DNA of 10,240 nucleotides from a virus (Duplodnaviria; Heunggongvirae; Uroviricota; Caudoviricetes), in IMG/VR virus record IMGVR_UViG_2778261087_000006; one strand, 5' to 3'. The notes below the pieces were generated by a model. It was given only the letters and a program-made list of their open reading frames with translations. It did no database searches and was not told the DNA's origin. Every line of letters starts with the position of its first letter. Positions within the stretch are counted from its first letter, which is position 1. Below are positions 1 through 5,449 of the stretch, in pieces. The position numbers were made by a program, and so were the translations under genes.

Positions 1-186
1 TTCTATCAGAGCAGCCATTTTCTTTGCTTTCGCCGGAGTAGCTGTTGCGGTATCGCAGTAATGACGAGTGTCAACAAACTTATCCATGCCATCGATATCA
101 AGTACGCAAAACCATGTGTGATTCGGAATTCCTACAGGTGGTATTTGTTGCCCACGTCGGCGTTTATCAATGAGATATACACTCAC
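1..186 (-). CDS. Partial hypothetical protein; 5' end in window, continues past the left edge
   Basis: Minus-strand frame is open from a GTG at 186-184 to position 1 (60 codons, no stop). The GTG overlaps the TGA stop of the upstream 151-aa gene (GTGA). No family recognised from the fragment (…HTWFCVLDIDGMDKFVDTRHYCD…). Confidence 0.3.
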   Translation of the reverse strand, partial: MSVYLIDKRRRGQQIPPVGIPNHTWFCVLDIDGMDKFVDTRHYCDTATATPAKAKKMAALIE

Positions 187-638
187 TGGTTACCTCCTTT
201 GCGAAGCTCTGCGGCGAACTCGTTAAGTGATATGTAGCAATCTCCAAATGTTAACGAACCGCTCGACTGCATATGCTCCATAGCCATCTCCACCCCCTGC
301 GCCCGGACTTCAGCCAGGAAAGCATCAGTGGTTGGCGTTTCAGGTATCTGTCTCCTCATCCGTTCTATTACATGATTGAACCCGAAGTCTTCCGCGAGAG
401 ATACGTCATCCATATTGTCATTGTCATCCTCAATATCCCGTGATTCTGGAATTGCAGACTTTATTCCCGCATTCTCCGCCGCCAGCGCATTAGCACGCAC
501 CAGTTGCACTTCCAGTTGCGTTGCCAAATCGCTGATCAGCTTTGCCACACTGCGCATATCAACGGCACCACATTCTGCTTTCAGTTCCGAAGCCATCTCA
601 TGCCCGGCGGAAACTAACCCTTTGATATTACTTTCCAT
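183..638 (-). CDS. Hypothetical phage protein, 151 aa, acidic
   Basis: Complete ORF in the track. ATG at 638-636 is preceded by GAGGG about 6 nt upstream on the minus strand. Same orientation as the replication operon. Function not recognised. Confidence 0.6.
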   Translation of the reverse strand: MESNIKGLVSAGHEMASELKAECGAVDMRSVAKLISDLATQLEVQLVRANALAAENAGIKSAIPESRDIEDDNDNMDDVSLAEDFGFNHVIERMRRQIPETPTTDAFLAEVRAQGVEMAMEHMQSSGSLTFGDCYISLNEFAAELRKGGNQ

Positions 639-699
639 CTTTACCCTCGCTTATCCACATAACTTATTGATTACATTGATAACTAAAAAGATCGTCGAT

Positions 700-1044
700 T
701 CAGAACTCTTCGATGTTCCAGCCACCACCTGCTTTCTTTGGTTTAACCGTTACCCCGATGATTCGGAACGGATACTGATCTGCGGCGACTTTGGTTTTCA
801 CCCTGGCGTCGTCGGTCCAGAAACCTTTCACTTCGTGCAGTTCCATCTCGCCGGTGGCGAGCATCACAGCAAAATCGGGCGTATAGAACGTGTTGTCAGC
901 TAACCGAAGCTTGATACCCTCAAATCGATACCAGACGATTTCTCCTGCACGTTTACGCAGCTCAAGGTGCTGGCAATACGCAGATTCTGTTTTGTTCATC
1001 TGGCCTGTTTTGAGTCGACCAAGAGCCTGTATCTGTTTTCTCAT
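700..1044 (-). CDS. Small PD-(D/E)XK-motif protein (putative nuclease fold; resembles DUF1064-type phage proteins), 114 aa
   Basis: Complete ORF. Contains ...YTPDF...ELHEVKG..., which fits a PD-x(n)-(D/E)-x-K catalytic signature. ATG at 1044 is preceded by GAGG with 6-nt spacing on the minus strand. Family assignment is from memory, not a search. Confidence 0.55.
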   Translation of the reverse strand: MRKQIQALGRLKTGQMNKTESAYCQHLELRKRAGEIVWYRFEGIKLRLADNTFYTPDFAVMLATGEMELHEVKGFWTDDARVKTKVAADQYPFRIIGVTVKPKKAGGGWNIEEF

Positions 1045-1047
1045 GAT

Positions 1048-1062
1048 TTACCTCTGAGGTAA
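1048..1062. promoter_or_regulatory. Palindromic operator-like site TTACC-tctga-GGTAA
   Basis: Perfect 5+5 inverted repeat with 5-bp spacer. Overlaps the RBS/+1 region of the minus-strand gene starting at 1044. One of eight copies, all intergenic. Confidence 0.5.
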
Positions 1063-1090
1063 TTAAAAACCACATAAGACATGAAATCAA
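1062..1090 (-). promoter_or_regulatory. Candidate sigma70 promoter for the 1044->1 minus-strand genes
   Basis: On the minus strand: -35 TTGATT (plus 1085-1090), 17-bp spacer, -10 TTTAAT (plus 1062-1067). Flanked by palindromic sites at 1048-1062 and 1110-1124. Confidence 0.35.
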
Positions 1091-1109
1091 TAGAAACTAG
1101 AACATTTTA

Positions 1110-1124
1110 TTACCCGCAAGGTAA
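1110..1124. promoter_or_regulatory. Palindromic operator-like site TTACC-cgcaa-GGTAA
   Basis: Perfect inverted-repeat arms. Lies upstream of the candidate promoter at 1062-1090 on the minus strand. Confidence 0.5.
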
Positions 1125-1136
1125 TCATGTAGACGT

Positions 1137-1156
1137 AAAAAAATGCGCTATCGCGC
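1137..1156 (-). terminator. Candidate weak intrinsic terminator after the P-like gene (tR2-like position)
   Basis: On the minus strand: GCGC-gata-GCGC hairpin (plus 1145-1156) followed directly by a 7-nt U run (plus A-run 1137-1143), 5 nt after the P-like stop. The stem is only 4 bp, so it is probably partial. Confidence 0.3.
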
Positions 1157-1161
1157 TGGTA

Positions 1162-1962
1162 TTACTTGATAAATCCTGCCGCCTTTCCCCGCCTGTATTC
1201 CTCCATCAGCCACTGCGCCGGTGTTATTCCTCCCAGGGTGGCGGCGTTAGGCATGCACCCGAAACTTCGCCCTGGCGGGTGGTAAACGTCTCTCCCTGTG
1301 TCCGGAGGCGTACTCATGGGTTCTGGCTTTGCCTGTATGCTGATCACCGGATCGGGTATCTGCTGTCCGGAAGCCACCTTTTTCGCCCAATCATCGAGCA
1401 GCCTGCGCGCGTGTTTCTCAACCTCAATCTCGCTAAGCTGGCGCTGATACATTGCACGGCGGGTGTCACATACAACCCAGTACATAACCGGATGCCGCCA
1501 CGGGAATCTTTCGGGACCACCAGGATATAAACTTTTTTCCTTGCTGTACCGGTGAAACTCCGCCATCACATCGTCAATGGTGACGCCAAGAACCATCTTG
1601 CTGTCTTTGCACCACTTGATAAATTGCCCTGGCGACGGCCAGAACGGAGATTCACTGGCGCGGGCGTGGCGCATACCAGCAGAAACCTGTTCACGGGTTC
1701 GGATCCCCCCTTCGGCAAACGCAGCAATCCACTGCTGTTTTGCAGCAACTTCCTGCTCTGGCGTCTTCAGGTTGGTTACCACTGCCGCCGGAAACAGTTG
1801 TTTCAACTGTTTGAAAAGGGCATCAACAAGCCTCTCTGCTGACATGTTCACCACATTGTCATTGTTGACGTACTGATGCTCATAACCTGACATGCGAGAA
1901 AGGGCTTCTCCGTCACGGTTTTGTATCGCGGTAAAAACGTTGTTCACAAGAAATCCTCCCAC
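1162..1962 (-). CDS. P: Replication protein P-like (DnaB helicase loader), lambda P family
   Basis: Clear similarity to remembered lambda P: ...QQWIAAFAEGGIRTREQVSAGMRHARASESPFWPSPGQFIKWCKD... versus lambda ...RQWVLAFRENGITTMEQVNAGMRVARRQNRPFLPSPGQFVAWCRE.... Start is uncertain: GTG at 1962 overlaps the O-like gene end, with in-frame ATGs at 1893 and 1845. Confidence 0.85.
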   Translation of the reverse strand: MGGFLVNNVFTAIQNRDGEALSRMSGYEHQYVNNDNVVNMSAERLVDALFKQLKQLFPAAVVTNLKTPEQEVAAKQQWIAAFAEGGIRTREQVSAGMRHARASESPFWPSPGQFIKWCKDSKMVLGVTIDDVMAEFHRYSKEKSLYPGGPERFPWRHPVMYWVVCDTRRAMYQRQLSEIEVEKHARRLLDDWAKKVASGQQIPDPVISIQAKPEPMSTPPDTGRDVYHPPGRSFGCMPNAATLGGITPAQWLMEEYRRGKAAGFIK

Positions 1963-2759
1963 GCTTCAGGGCTGTTCCAGTGCGGAACGTTGTTATCAGG
2001 TAATGTTGATTGCTTCTGTCTGCTAATCTGCAGCCGCCTTGCCAGCTTCTGCTCCCACTGTGCCTGATGGTATGCCTTACCCTCAGCCATCCAGTAAATT
2101 CTGAACTCTGCAAGTTCCTGTGCCGTTGGCAGACTGTCCAGGTAGATTCCCTGCAATGAGCTTTTCCGAAGAAAGTCATCTGATGGCTGCCATTGTTCAT
2201 GCATGACAAATTTGCCTAATTGCCCTGGCCCACCTGGAGGAACAAAGTTATTCATCACGGCGTTGTTTGCGCCGGGGTCATGGGGCACGGAATCCCCGAT
2301 TTTTGTCCTGCTCTCCCTCTCTTGGTTAAATGACTGGTTATATGACTGGTTCTGGATCCCGTTTTTGGGATCATTCAACATCCCGTTTTTGGGATCATTC
2401 AATATCCCGTTTTTGGGTATATTCCCGTTTTCGGGAACATTACCGTTTTCGGGTTCATTACCCCCTTCCCGGTTGCCTTTAATGTTCCCTTTTTTGGTTA
2501 TATTAAGAGAGAAAACCCGTACTCTTTTCGTCGCCCCCTTTCTCTCTCCGGTATCTGAAATAAGCCCCATTTTCATGAGCGATATAAGCCCGGCCTGCAC
2601 GGTTTTTTTATTCAGGCAAGTGTCTTTAACGAGGCGTTCTATGCTGGGGTAGCAGAGGTTATATTCATCGGCTCTGTCAGCCATCGAGAGCAGTATGAGC
2701 TTTAATGACGAGCTCCCTGGATCTGTCTCCCAGGCCCAATCTGTTGCATGTCTGCTCAT
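1944..2759 (-). CDS. Replication initiator, O-like (N-terminal HTH domain, repeat-rich linker, C-terminal domain)
   Basis: Sits immediately upstream of the P-like gene. ATG at 2759 has GGAG 8-11 nt upstream. Central N/G/P-rich peptide repeats (PENGNVPENGNIPKNG...) are encoded by the iteron array, as in lambda O. N-terminal domain is not lambda-O-like in sequence. Confidence 0.75.
   Translation of the reverse strand: MSRHATDWAWETDPGSSSLKLILLSMADRADEYNLCYPSIERLVKDTCLNKKTVQAGLISLMKMGLISDTGERKGATKRVRVFSLNITKKGNIKGNREGGNEPENGNVPENGNIPKNGILNDPKNGMLNDPKNGIQNQSYNQSFNQERESRTKIGDSVPHDPGANNAVMNNFVPPGGPGQLGKFVMHEQWQPSDDFLRKSSLQGIYLDSLPTAQELAEFRIYWMAEGKAYHQAQWEQKLARRLQISRQKQSTLPDNNVPHWNSPEAWEDFL
2354..2460. 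repeat. Iteron array, putative origin of replication inside the O-like gene
   Basis: Five direct repeats with core CCCGTTTT(T/C)GGG starting at 2358, 2382, 2406, 2424 and 2443 (spacing 24, 24, 18, 19 bp). Preceded by tandem ATGACTGGTT x2 (2330-2352) and followed by a more A/T-rich stretch (about 2480-2520). Confidence 0.6.
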
Positions 2760-2774
2760 GATTAATCTCCGCTA

Positions 2775-2975
2775 TCAGCTTGAATGTTGTGGGGAGGAAT
2801 TAATCATGATCTGCTTAATCTCTGCCCTGATGCGACGGTTTGATTCCATGGTGCACTCAACACAGTGTCCGTTGTAAACCCAGCGTTCACTGTCATGTCC
2901 GTGCTTACATGGTTTTCCGGTGTAGTAGCGTTTAAGTCCGCGCTTTGCGGCATCAATACGTGTAATGATTTCCAT
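2775..2975 (-). CDS. Small zinc-ribbon protein (C-x-H-G-H ... C-x2-C), 66 aa; cII-position gene
   Basis: Lies within track ORF 2775-3038. Internal ATG at 2975 has AGGG 6-9 nt upstream, and the longer N-terminal extension is hydrophobic with no clear RBS. Motif ...GKPCKHGHDSERWVYNGHCVEC.... Function inferred from position only. Confidence 0.5.
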   Translation of the reverse strand: MEIITRIDAAKRGLKRYYTGKPCKHGHDSERWVYNGHCVECTMESNRRIRAEIKQIMINSSPQHSS

Positions 2976-3055
2976 GGTAAGCCCTGTTATTAGTATTGGG
3001 ATTACGGTTATTTTGTGCTGACACAAAAAAAAGATCAACCAGATTTGGTTTTTTA

Positions 3056-3070
3056 TTACCTTTGAGGTGC
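3056..3070. promoter_or_regulatory. Variant operator-like site TTACC-tttga-GGTGC
   Basis: One arm is perfect and the other degenerate (GGTGC). Located between the Cro-like gene and the zinc-ribbon gene, just past the hairpin at 3085-3104. Confidence 0.35.
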
Positions 3071-3084
3071 GAATAGATATGAAA

Positions 3085-3104
3085 AGACCGCCGGATGGCG
3101 GTCT
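3085..3104 (-). terminator. Candidate partial terminator between the Cro-like and zinc-ribbon genes (tR1-like position)
   Basis: Perfect 8-bp stem AGACCGCC / GGCGGTCT with 4-nt loop. On the minus strand it is followed by UUUC-AUAUCUAUUC, which is U-rich but interrupted. Confidence 0.3.
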
Positions 3105-3125
3105 ACAGAGGGTTGTGGCTGGATA

Positions 3126-3356
3126 TCATGAGTAGAAGAAGTATGCCAGTTCTGCTTTTGAGCGCAGCCATTGTCTTGTTTTACAGGCTTTAAAAAGCCC
3201 ATTCATCAATACCTTACCTGGCATTTTGCGCTTACCTGTTAAGTGAGTCTGGATATAGTGACTCGTCGTTCCGGCTTCCTGTGCGAAGGCTTCACGCTCA
3301 TCCGGAGTAAGTGCAAGCCAGTGCTTTTTGAAATCGAAATGTCCGTTATCGCTCAT
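3126..3356 (-). CDS. Cro-like small HTH DNA-binding protein, 76 aa
   Basis: Complete ORF, divergent from the repressor-like gene across an operator-rich intergenic region. First gene of the minus-strand operon. HTH-like segment ...EAFAQEAGTTSHYIQTHLTGKRKMPGK.... Confidence 0.6.
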   Translation of the reverse strand: MSDNGHFDFKKHWLALTPDEREAFAQEAGTTSHYIQTHLTGKRKMPGKVLMNGLFKACKTRQWLRSKAELAYFFYS

Positions 3357-3381
3357 AGCTATTGCCTGATATTTATTTCAG

Positions 3382-3410
3382 ATAATAAATATTCACCCAT
3401 AAGGTAACAA
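3382..3410 (-). promoter_or_regulatory. Candidate pR-like promoter for the Cro-like operon
   Basis: On the minus strand: -35 TTGTTA (plus 3405-3410), 17-bp spacer, -10 TATTAT (plus 3382-3387). The operator-like site at 3393-3407 sits in the spacer. Confidence 0.4.
3393..3407. promoter_or_regulatory. Operator-like site TCACC-cataa-GGTAA (variant)
   Basis: Inverted repeat with one mismatch in the left arm. Overlaps the pR-like promoter spacer. Confidence 0.4.
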
Positions 3411-3423
3411 AAATCAAGGATAG

Positions 3424-3438
3424 TTACCTATGGGGTGC
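3424..3438. promoter_or_regulatory. Operator-like site TTACC-tatgg-GGTGC (variant)
   Basis: Left arm perfect, right arm degenerate. Adjacent to the site at 3441-3455, centre-to-centre 17 bp. Confidence 0.4.
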
Positions 3439-3440
3439 AT

Positions 3441-3455
3441 TTACCTATTGGGTAA
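3441..3455. promoter_or_regulatory. Operator-like site TTACC-tattg-GGTAA
   Basis: Perfect palindrome arms. About 55 bp upstream of the repressor-like gene start, in the position of an autoregulatory (pRM-type) operator. Confidence 0.5.
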
Positions 3456-3510
3456 TATTGCTTTAAATTGAATCATCTACTGATTCATATATGAGGCGAT
3501 TTTCCAGAAA

Positions 3511-4095
3511 ATGAAAAGTATCCAGGACGTCCGCAGGCAAAATCTCAACGACTTGATCGACCGTGAATTCAATGGTGTTCAGACGCGGATGGCAGAAAAA
3601 CTTGGAACTCAGGCAAATCTGGTAAACCGCTGGGCTCTTGGCAAGAAGGTTATCGGCGACCAGGTTGCGCGAAAAATTGAAGCTGCCGCCAATAAACCCC
3701 GTAACTGGCTTGATATCGATCGCTCGCTTTCTCAGGAAGGTTTTCAGCCTGTCGGCCCAAGCGACATTGGTCAGCTGGCGGCTCACAACCTAGAACGCTG
3801 GATGAGCGAAAGCCGCGACCTTTCAACGCAGGGAAAACTTCACCGCGCATCCGGCGTCGCCCAGGTGACAATCAGCCGCCTGTTAAACAATGAGGTCAGT
3901 GTTTCCATTTCCACCCTGGAGAATGTTGCATCCGCATTCGGGCGTCACGGCTATGAATTACTGATTCACCCGCACGACCCTGCGACCATCAACTATGACC
4001 GCTCGCGCTACGCATTGTTACCTGAAACAGAGAAGGCAAAGATCGAAAGTTACATTGAATTTGTCATCAGCCAGAACGAAAAAAACAAACAATAA
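3511..4095 (+). CDS. Putative prophage repressor (CI-position), 194 aa, two predicted HTH domains, no S24 peptidase domain
   Basis: Complete ORF divergent from the Cro-like gene and followed by a strong terminator, then the pL-like promoter. N-terminal Cro/YdaS-like HTH (...GVQTRMAEKLGTQANLVNRW...) and a second XRE-like HTH (...ASGVAQVTISRLLNNEVSVSISTLENVA...). No obvious SD before the ATG, which resembles leaderless or weakly initiated cI genes. Confidence 0.65.
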   Translation: MKSIQDVRRQNLNDLIDREFNGVQTRMAEKLGTQANLVNRWALGKKVIGDQVARKIEAAANKPRNWLDIDRSLSQEGFQPVGPSDIGQLAAHNLERWMSESRDLSTQGKLHRASGVAQVTISRLLNNEVSVSISTLENVASAFGRHGYELLIHPHDPATINYDRSRYALLPETEKAKIESYIEFVISQNEKNKQ

Positions 4096-4116
4096 AATCA
4101 TATTTTTTCAGTAAGT

Positions 4117-4141
4117 AAGCCGCCTCATGGCGGCTTTTTTA
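4117..4141 (+). terminator. Rho-independent terminator downstream of the repressor-like gene
   Basis: 8-bp GC-rich stem AAGCCGCC / GGCGGCTT with loop TCAT, followed by a run of 6-7 T. Lies 22 nt after the stop codon. Confidence 0.7.
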
Positions 4142-4153
4142 TTGCCTGTGCGA

Positions 4154-4168
4154 TTACCTGATGGGTAA
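4154..4168. promoter_or_regulatory. Operator-like site TTACC-tgatg-GGTAA
   Basis: Perfect palindrome arms, 20 bp upstream of the -35 of the pL-like promoter. Confidence 0.5.
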
Positions 4169-4187
4169 TTTTTTTAACTCATATCTA

Positions 4188-4216
4188 TTGACATCAAACC
4201 AGATACGCATAATTAT
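4188..4216 (+). promoter_or_regulatory. pL-like promoter for the plus-strand early operon
   Basis: Consensus -35 TTGACA at 4188-4193. Candidate -10 AATTAT at 4211-4216 with 17-bp spacer (CATAAT at 4208-4213 is an alternative). The operator-like site at 4216-4230 overlaps the -10/+1 region. Confidence 0.5.
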
Positions 4217-4230
4217 TACCTCAACGGTAA
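4216..4230. promoter_or_regulatory. Operator-like site TTACC-tcaac-GGTAA
   Basis: Perfect palindrome arms overlapping the -10/start region of the pL-like promoter. An extra GGTAAC half-site follows at 4239-4244. Confidence 0.5.
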
Positions 4231-4249
4231 CAGACCGAGGTAACAAGTT

Positions 4250-4411
4250 ATGCAGTGGAAAATCATCAACGGTTGGTACTGCGTTACTGCATGCGGATTC
4301 ATGAGCTGGAAGTTCCGCACCTTACAGGAAGGCATTAAGTGGGCTTTCGTCAGCAAAGAAGCTCGCGATGTGGCCAACGATAACGAGATATGGGAGGAGG
4401 TTAGCAAATGA
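4250..4411 (+). CDS. Small ORF, 53 aa, first gene of the pL-like operon (not in the ORF track)
   Basis: ATG at 4250 with GAGG 10 nt upstream. Translated by hand without internal stops: MQWKIINGWYCVTACGFMSWKFRTLQEGIKWAFVSKEARDVANDNEIWEEVSK. Its TGA overlaps the ATG of the next gene (ATGA at 4408-4411). Competes with the opposite-strand track ORF 4216-4407. Confidence 0.4.
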   Translation: MQWKIINGWYCVTACGFMSWKFRTLQEGIKWAFVSKEARDVANDNEIWEEVSK

Positions 4412-5442
4412 GTGAATTATCAATCATCGAAATCACACCAGATATGGCACCAAGAATTTACGTTGAAAAAGGACTGGAAAAGTTTCTCGAGCAGATCCGT
4501 GAAGGTGTTAATGAAGTGCCTGACATTAGCACAGACAAAGGCAGAAAGCGCATTGCATCTCTGGCTGCGAAGGTTTCAAGAAGTAAAACAGCGGTAGAAA
4601 AACCAGGACGTGATTATCTGAAACGCCTGAAAGAACAGCCGAAAGTAGTTGAAGCAGAGTTACGACGCTTCGTAACCGAATGCGATCGGCTTCGTGATGA
4701 AGTACGCCGCCCACTCACCAAGTGGGAAAATGCTGAGAAATTACGCACTGAAGCACTGCAACAACGCCTGACAAATTTGCGAGCACTGGCTGACGTGATC
4801 GATCTCTCCGGAAACTACTTGCCATCAACTGATATTCAGGAACGAATTCAAGAGGCTAAATCAGTAGCACTTGATGAGAGTTGGCAGGAGTACGCAGCAG
4901 AAGCTGGAGTAGCCAAGGATTCAACCATCCAGAAACTGGAAGAATCACTCGCAGTAGCTCAAAAACGCGAGCATGAAGCCGCTGAGCTGGAGAGACTTCG
5001 CAAAGAAGCGGAGGAAAAAGCGCGCATTGAGCGAGAAGAGAATATCCGCCGGGAAGCTGCTGAACAGGCCAGGCTCGAAGCTGAACAAAAAGCGAAAGCT
5101 GAAATTGATGCTGCGGCACGCCTAGCGGCGGAAGAGAAAGCACGTGCTGAAGTAGCAGAACGTCAGCGAATTGAAGCAGAGCAGCGTGCACGACGCGAAA
5201 AAGAAGAAGCCGTTGCCGAGGAACGCCGACGCCAAGAGGAGGCAGAAAAAGCCCGCATTGAAGAACAGAAGCGTATCGCCGACGAAGAAGCGCGCCGAGC
5301 TGCGGATAAAGAGCATCGCCGTACCGTTAACCGCAGAGTAATCGCAGATCTGATAGCCCAAGGCATTCCCGAAGAATTCGCGCAGAAAGCAATGTTGGCT
5401 ATCGCTGGCGGCAAAGTGCAGGACGCGTATATCAAATATTGA
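4408..5442 (+). CDS. Coiled-coil protein, 344 aa, with a long E/A/R/K-rich charged helical repeat region (TolA-like composition only); function unknown
   Basis: Complete ORF with strong RBS GGGAGGAGG 7 nt upstream. C-terminal half is dominated by EAEQ/ARAE/ERRR repeats from a purine-rich DNA stretch (about 4980-5320). Sits in the accessory position just after pL. Confidence 0.8.
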   Translation: MSELSIIEITPDMAPRIYVEKGLEKFLEQIREGVNEVPDISTDKGRKRIASLAAKVSRSKTAVEKPGRDYLKRLKEQPKVVEAELRRFVTECDRLRDEVRRPLTKWENAEKLRTEALQQRLTNLRALADVIDLSGNYLPSTDIQERIQEAKSVALDESWQEYAAEAGVAKDSTIQKLEESLAVAQKREHEAAELERLRKEAEEKARIEREENIRREAAEQARLEAEQKAKAEIDAAARLAAEEKARAEVAERQRIEAEQRARREKEEAVAEERRRQEEAEKARIEEQKRIADEEARRAADKEHRRTVNRRVIADLIAQGIPEEFAQKAMLAIAGGKVQDAYIKY

Positions 5443-5449
5443 GGTGGGT

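Noticed and set aside
651-659. Perfect DnaA-box 9-mer TTATCCACA upstream of the 151-aa gene
   Set aside because: It is a single isolated copy with no cluster or AT-rich unwinding element, so it is probably a chance occurrence; the iteron array is the better origin candidate.
376-903. 175-aa plus-strand ORF spanning the 183-638 and 700-1044 genes
   Set aside because: It lies antisense across two better-supported minus-strand genes and the gap between them, has no RBS, and its translation is low-complexity (Ser/Leu-rich), so it is a shadow ORF.
1127-1132. ATG at 1127 preceded by an SD-like AAGGT inside the palindrome at 1110-1124
   Set aside because: It is followed immediately by TAG (ATG-TAG), so it is not a gene start; the SD-like bases are part of the palindrome arm.
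1081-1876. Plus-strand ORFs 1081-1530, 1552-1842 and 1577-1876, and minus-strand 1566-1748
   Set aside because: All are embedded in the P-like gene, whose identity is supported by clear lambda P similarity, so they are antisense or alternate-frame shadows.
2354-2460. Possibility that the direct repeats are a CRISPR array
   Set aside because: The repeats are 18-24 bp with near-identical short intervening sequences, sit inside an ORF and encode a peptide repeat; there is no unique-spacer structure or leader.
1913-2652. ORFs 1913-2209 (minus) and 2203-2652 (plus) over the O-like gene
   Set aside because: The plus-strand ORF is the antisense reading of the iteron/linker region (F/L/P-rich repeats), and the minus-strand one is an alternate frame; the O-like frame has the RBS and operon context.
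2976-3038. N-terminal extension of the zinc-ribbon ORF (track start at 3038, 87 aa)
   Set aside because: The extension is hydrophobic (MIFFLCQHKITVIPILITGLT) with no recognisable RBS, while the internal ATG at 2975 has AGGG upstream; the longer form is not excluded.
3463-3871. Minus-strand ORFs 3463-3786 and 3650-3871 opposite the repressor-like gene
   Set aside because: They are antisense to a gene supported by HTH motifs and operator/terminator context, with no independent signals.
4216-4407. 63-aa minus-strand ORF opposite the proposed 53-aa plus-strand ORF
   Set aside because: Its start would sit inside the RBS of the coiled-coil gene with no promoter, whereas the plus-strand ORF has the pL-like promoter, an RBS and ATGA coupling. 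The choice is still uncertain without expression data.
4412-5435. ORFs 4412-4597 (plus) and 4526-4714, 4856-5191, 5122-5361, 5163-5435 (minus) within the coiled-coil gene
   Set aside because: They are alternate-frame or antisense readings of the purine-rich repeat region, which inflates spurious ORFs.
4408-5442. Calling the 344-aa protein TolA
   Set aside because: The resemblance is compositional only (E/A/K/R charged helix), there are no TolA transmembrane or C-terminal domains, and the gene is in a prophage early operon.
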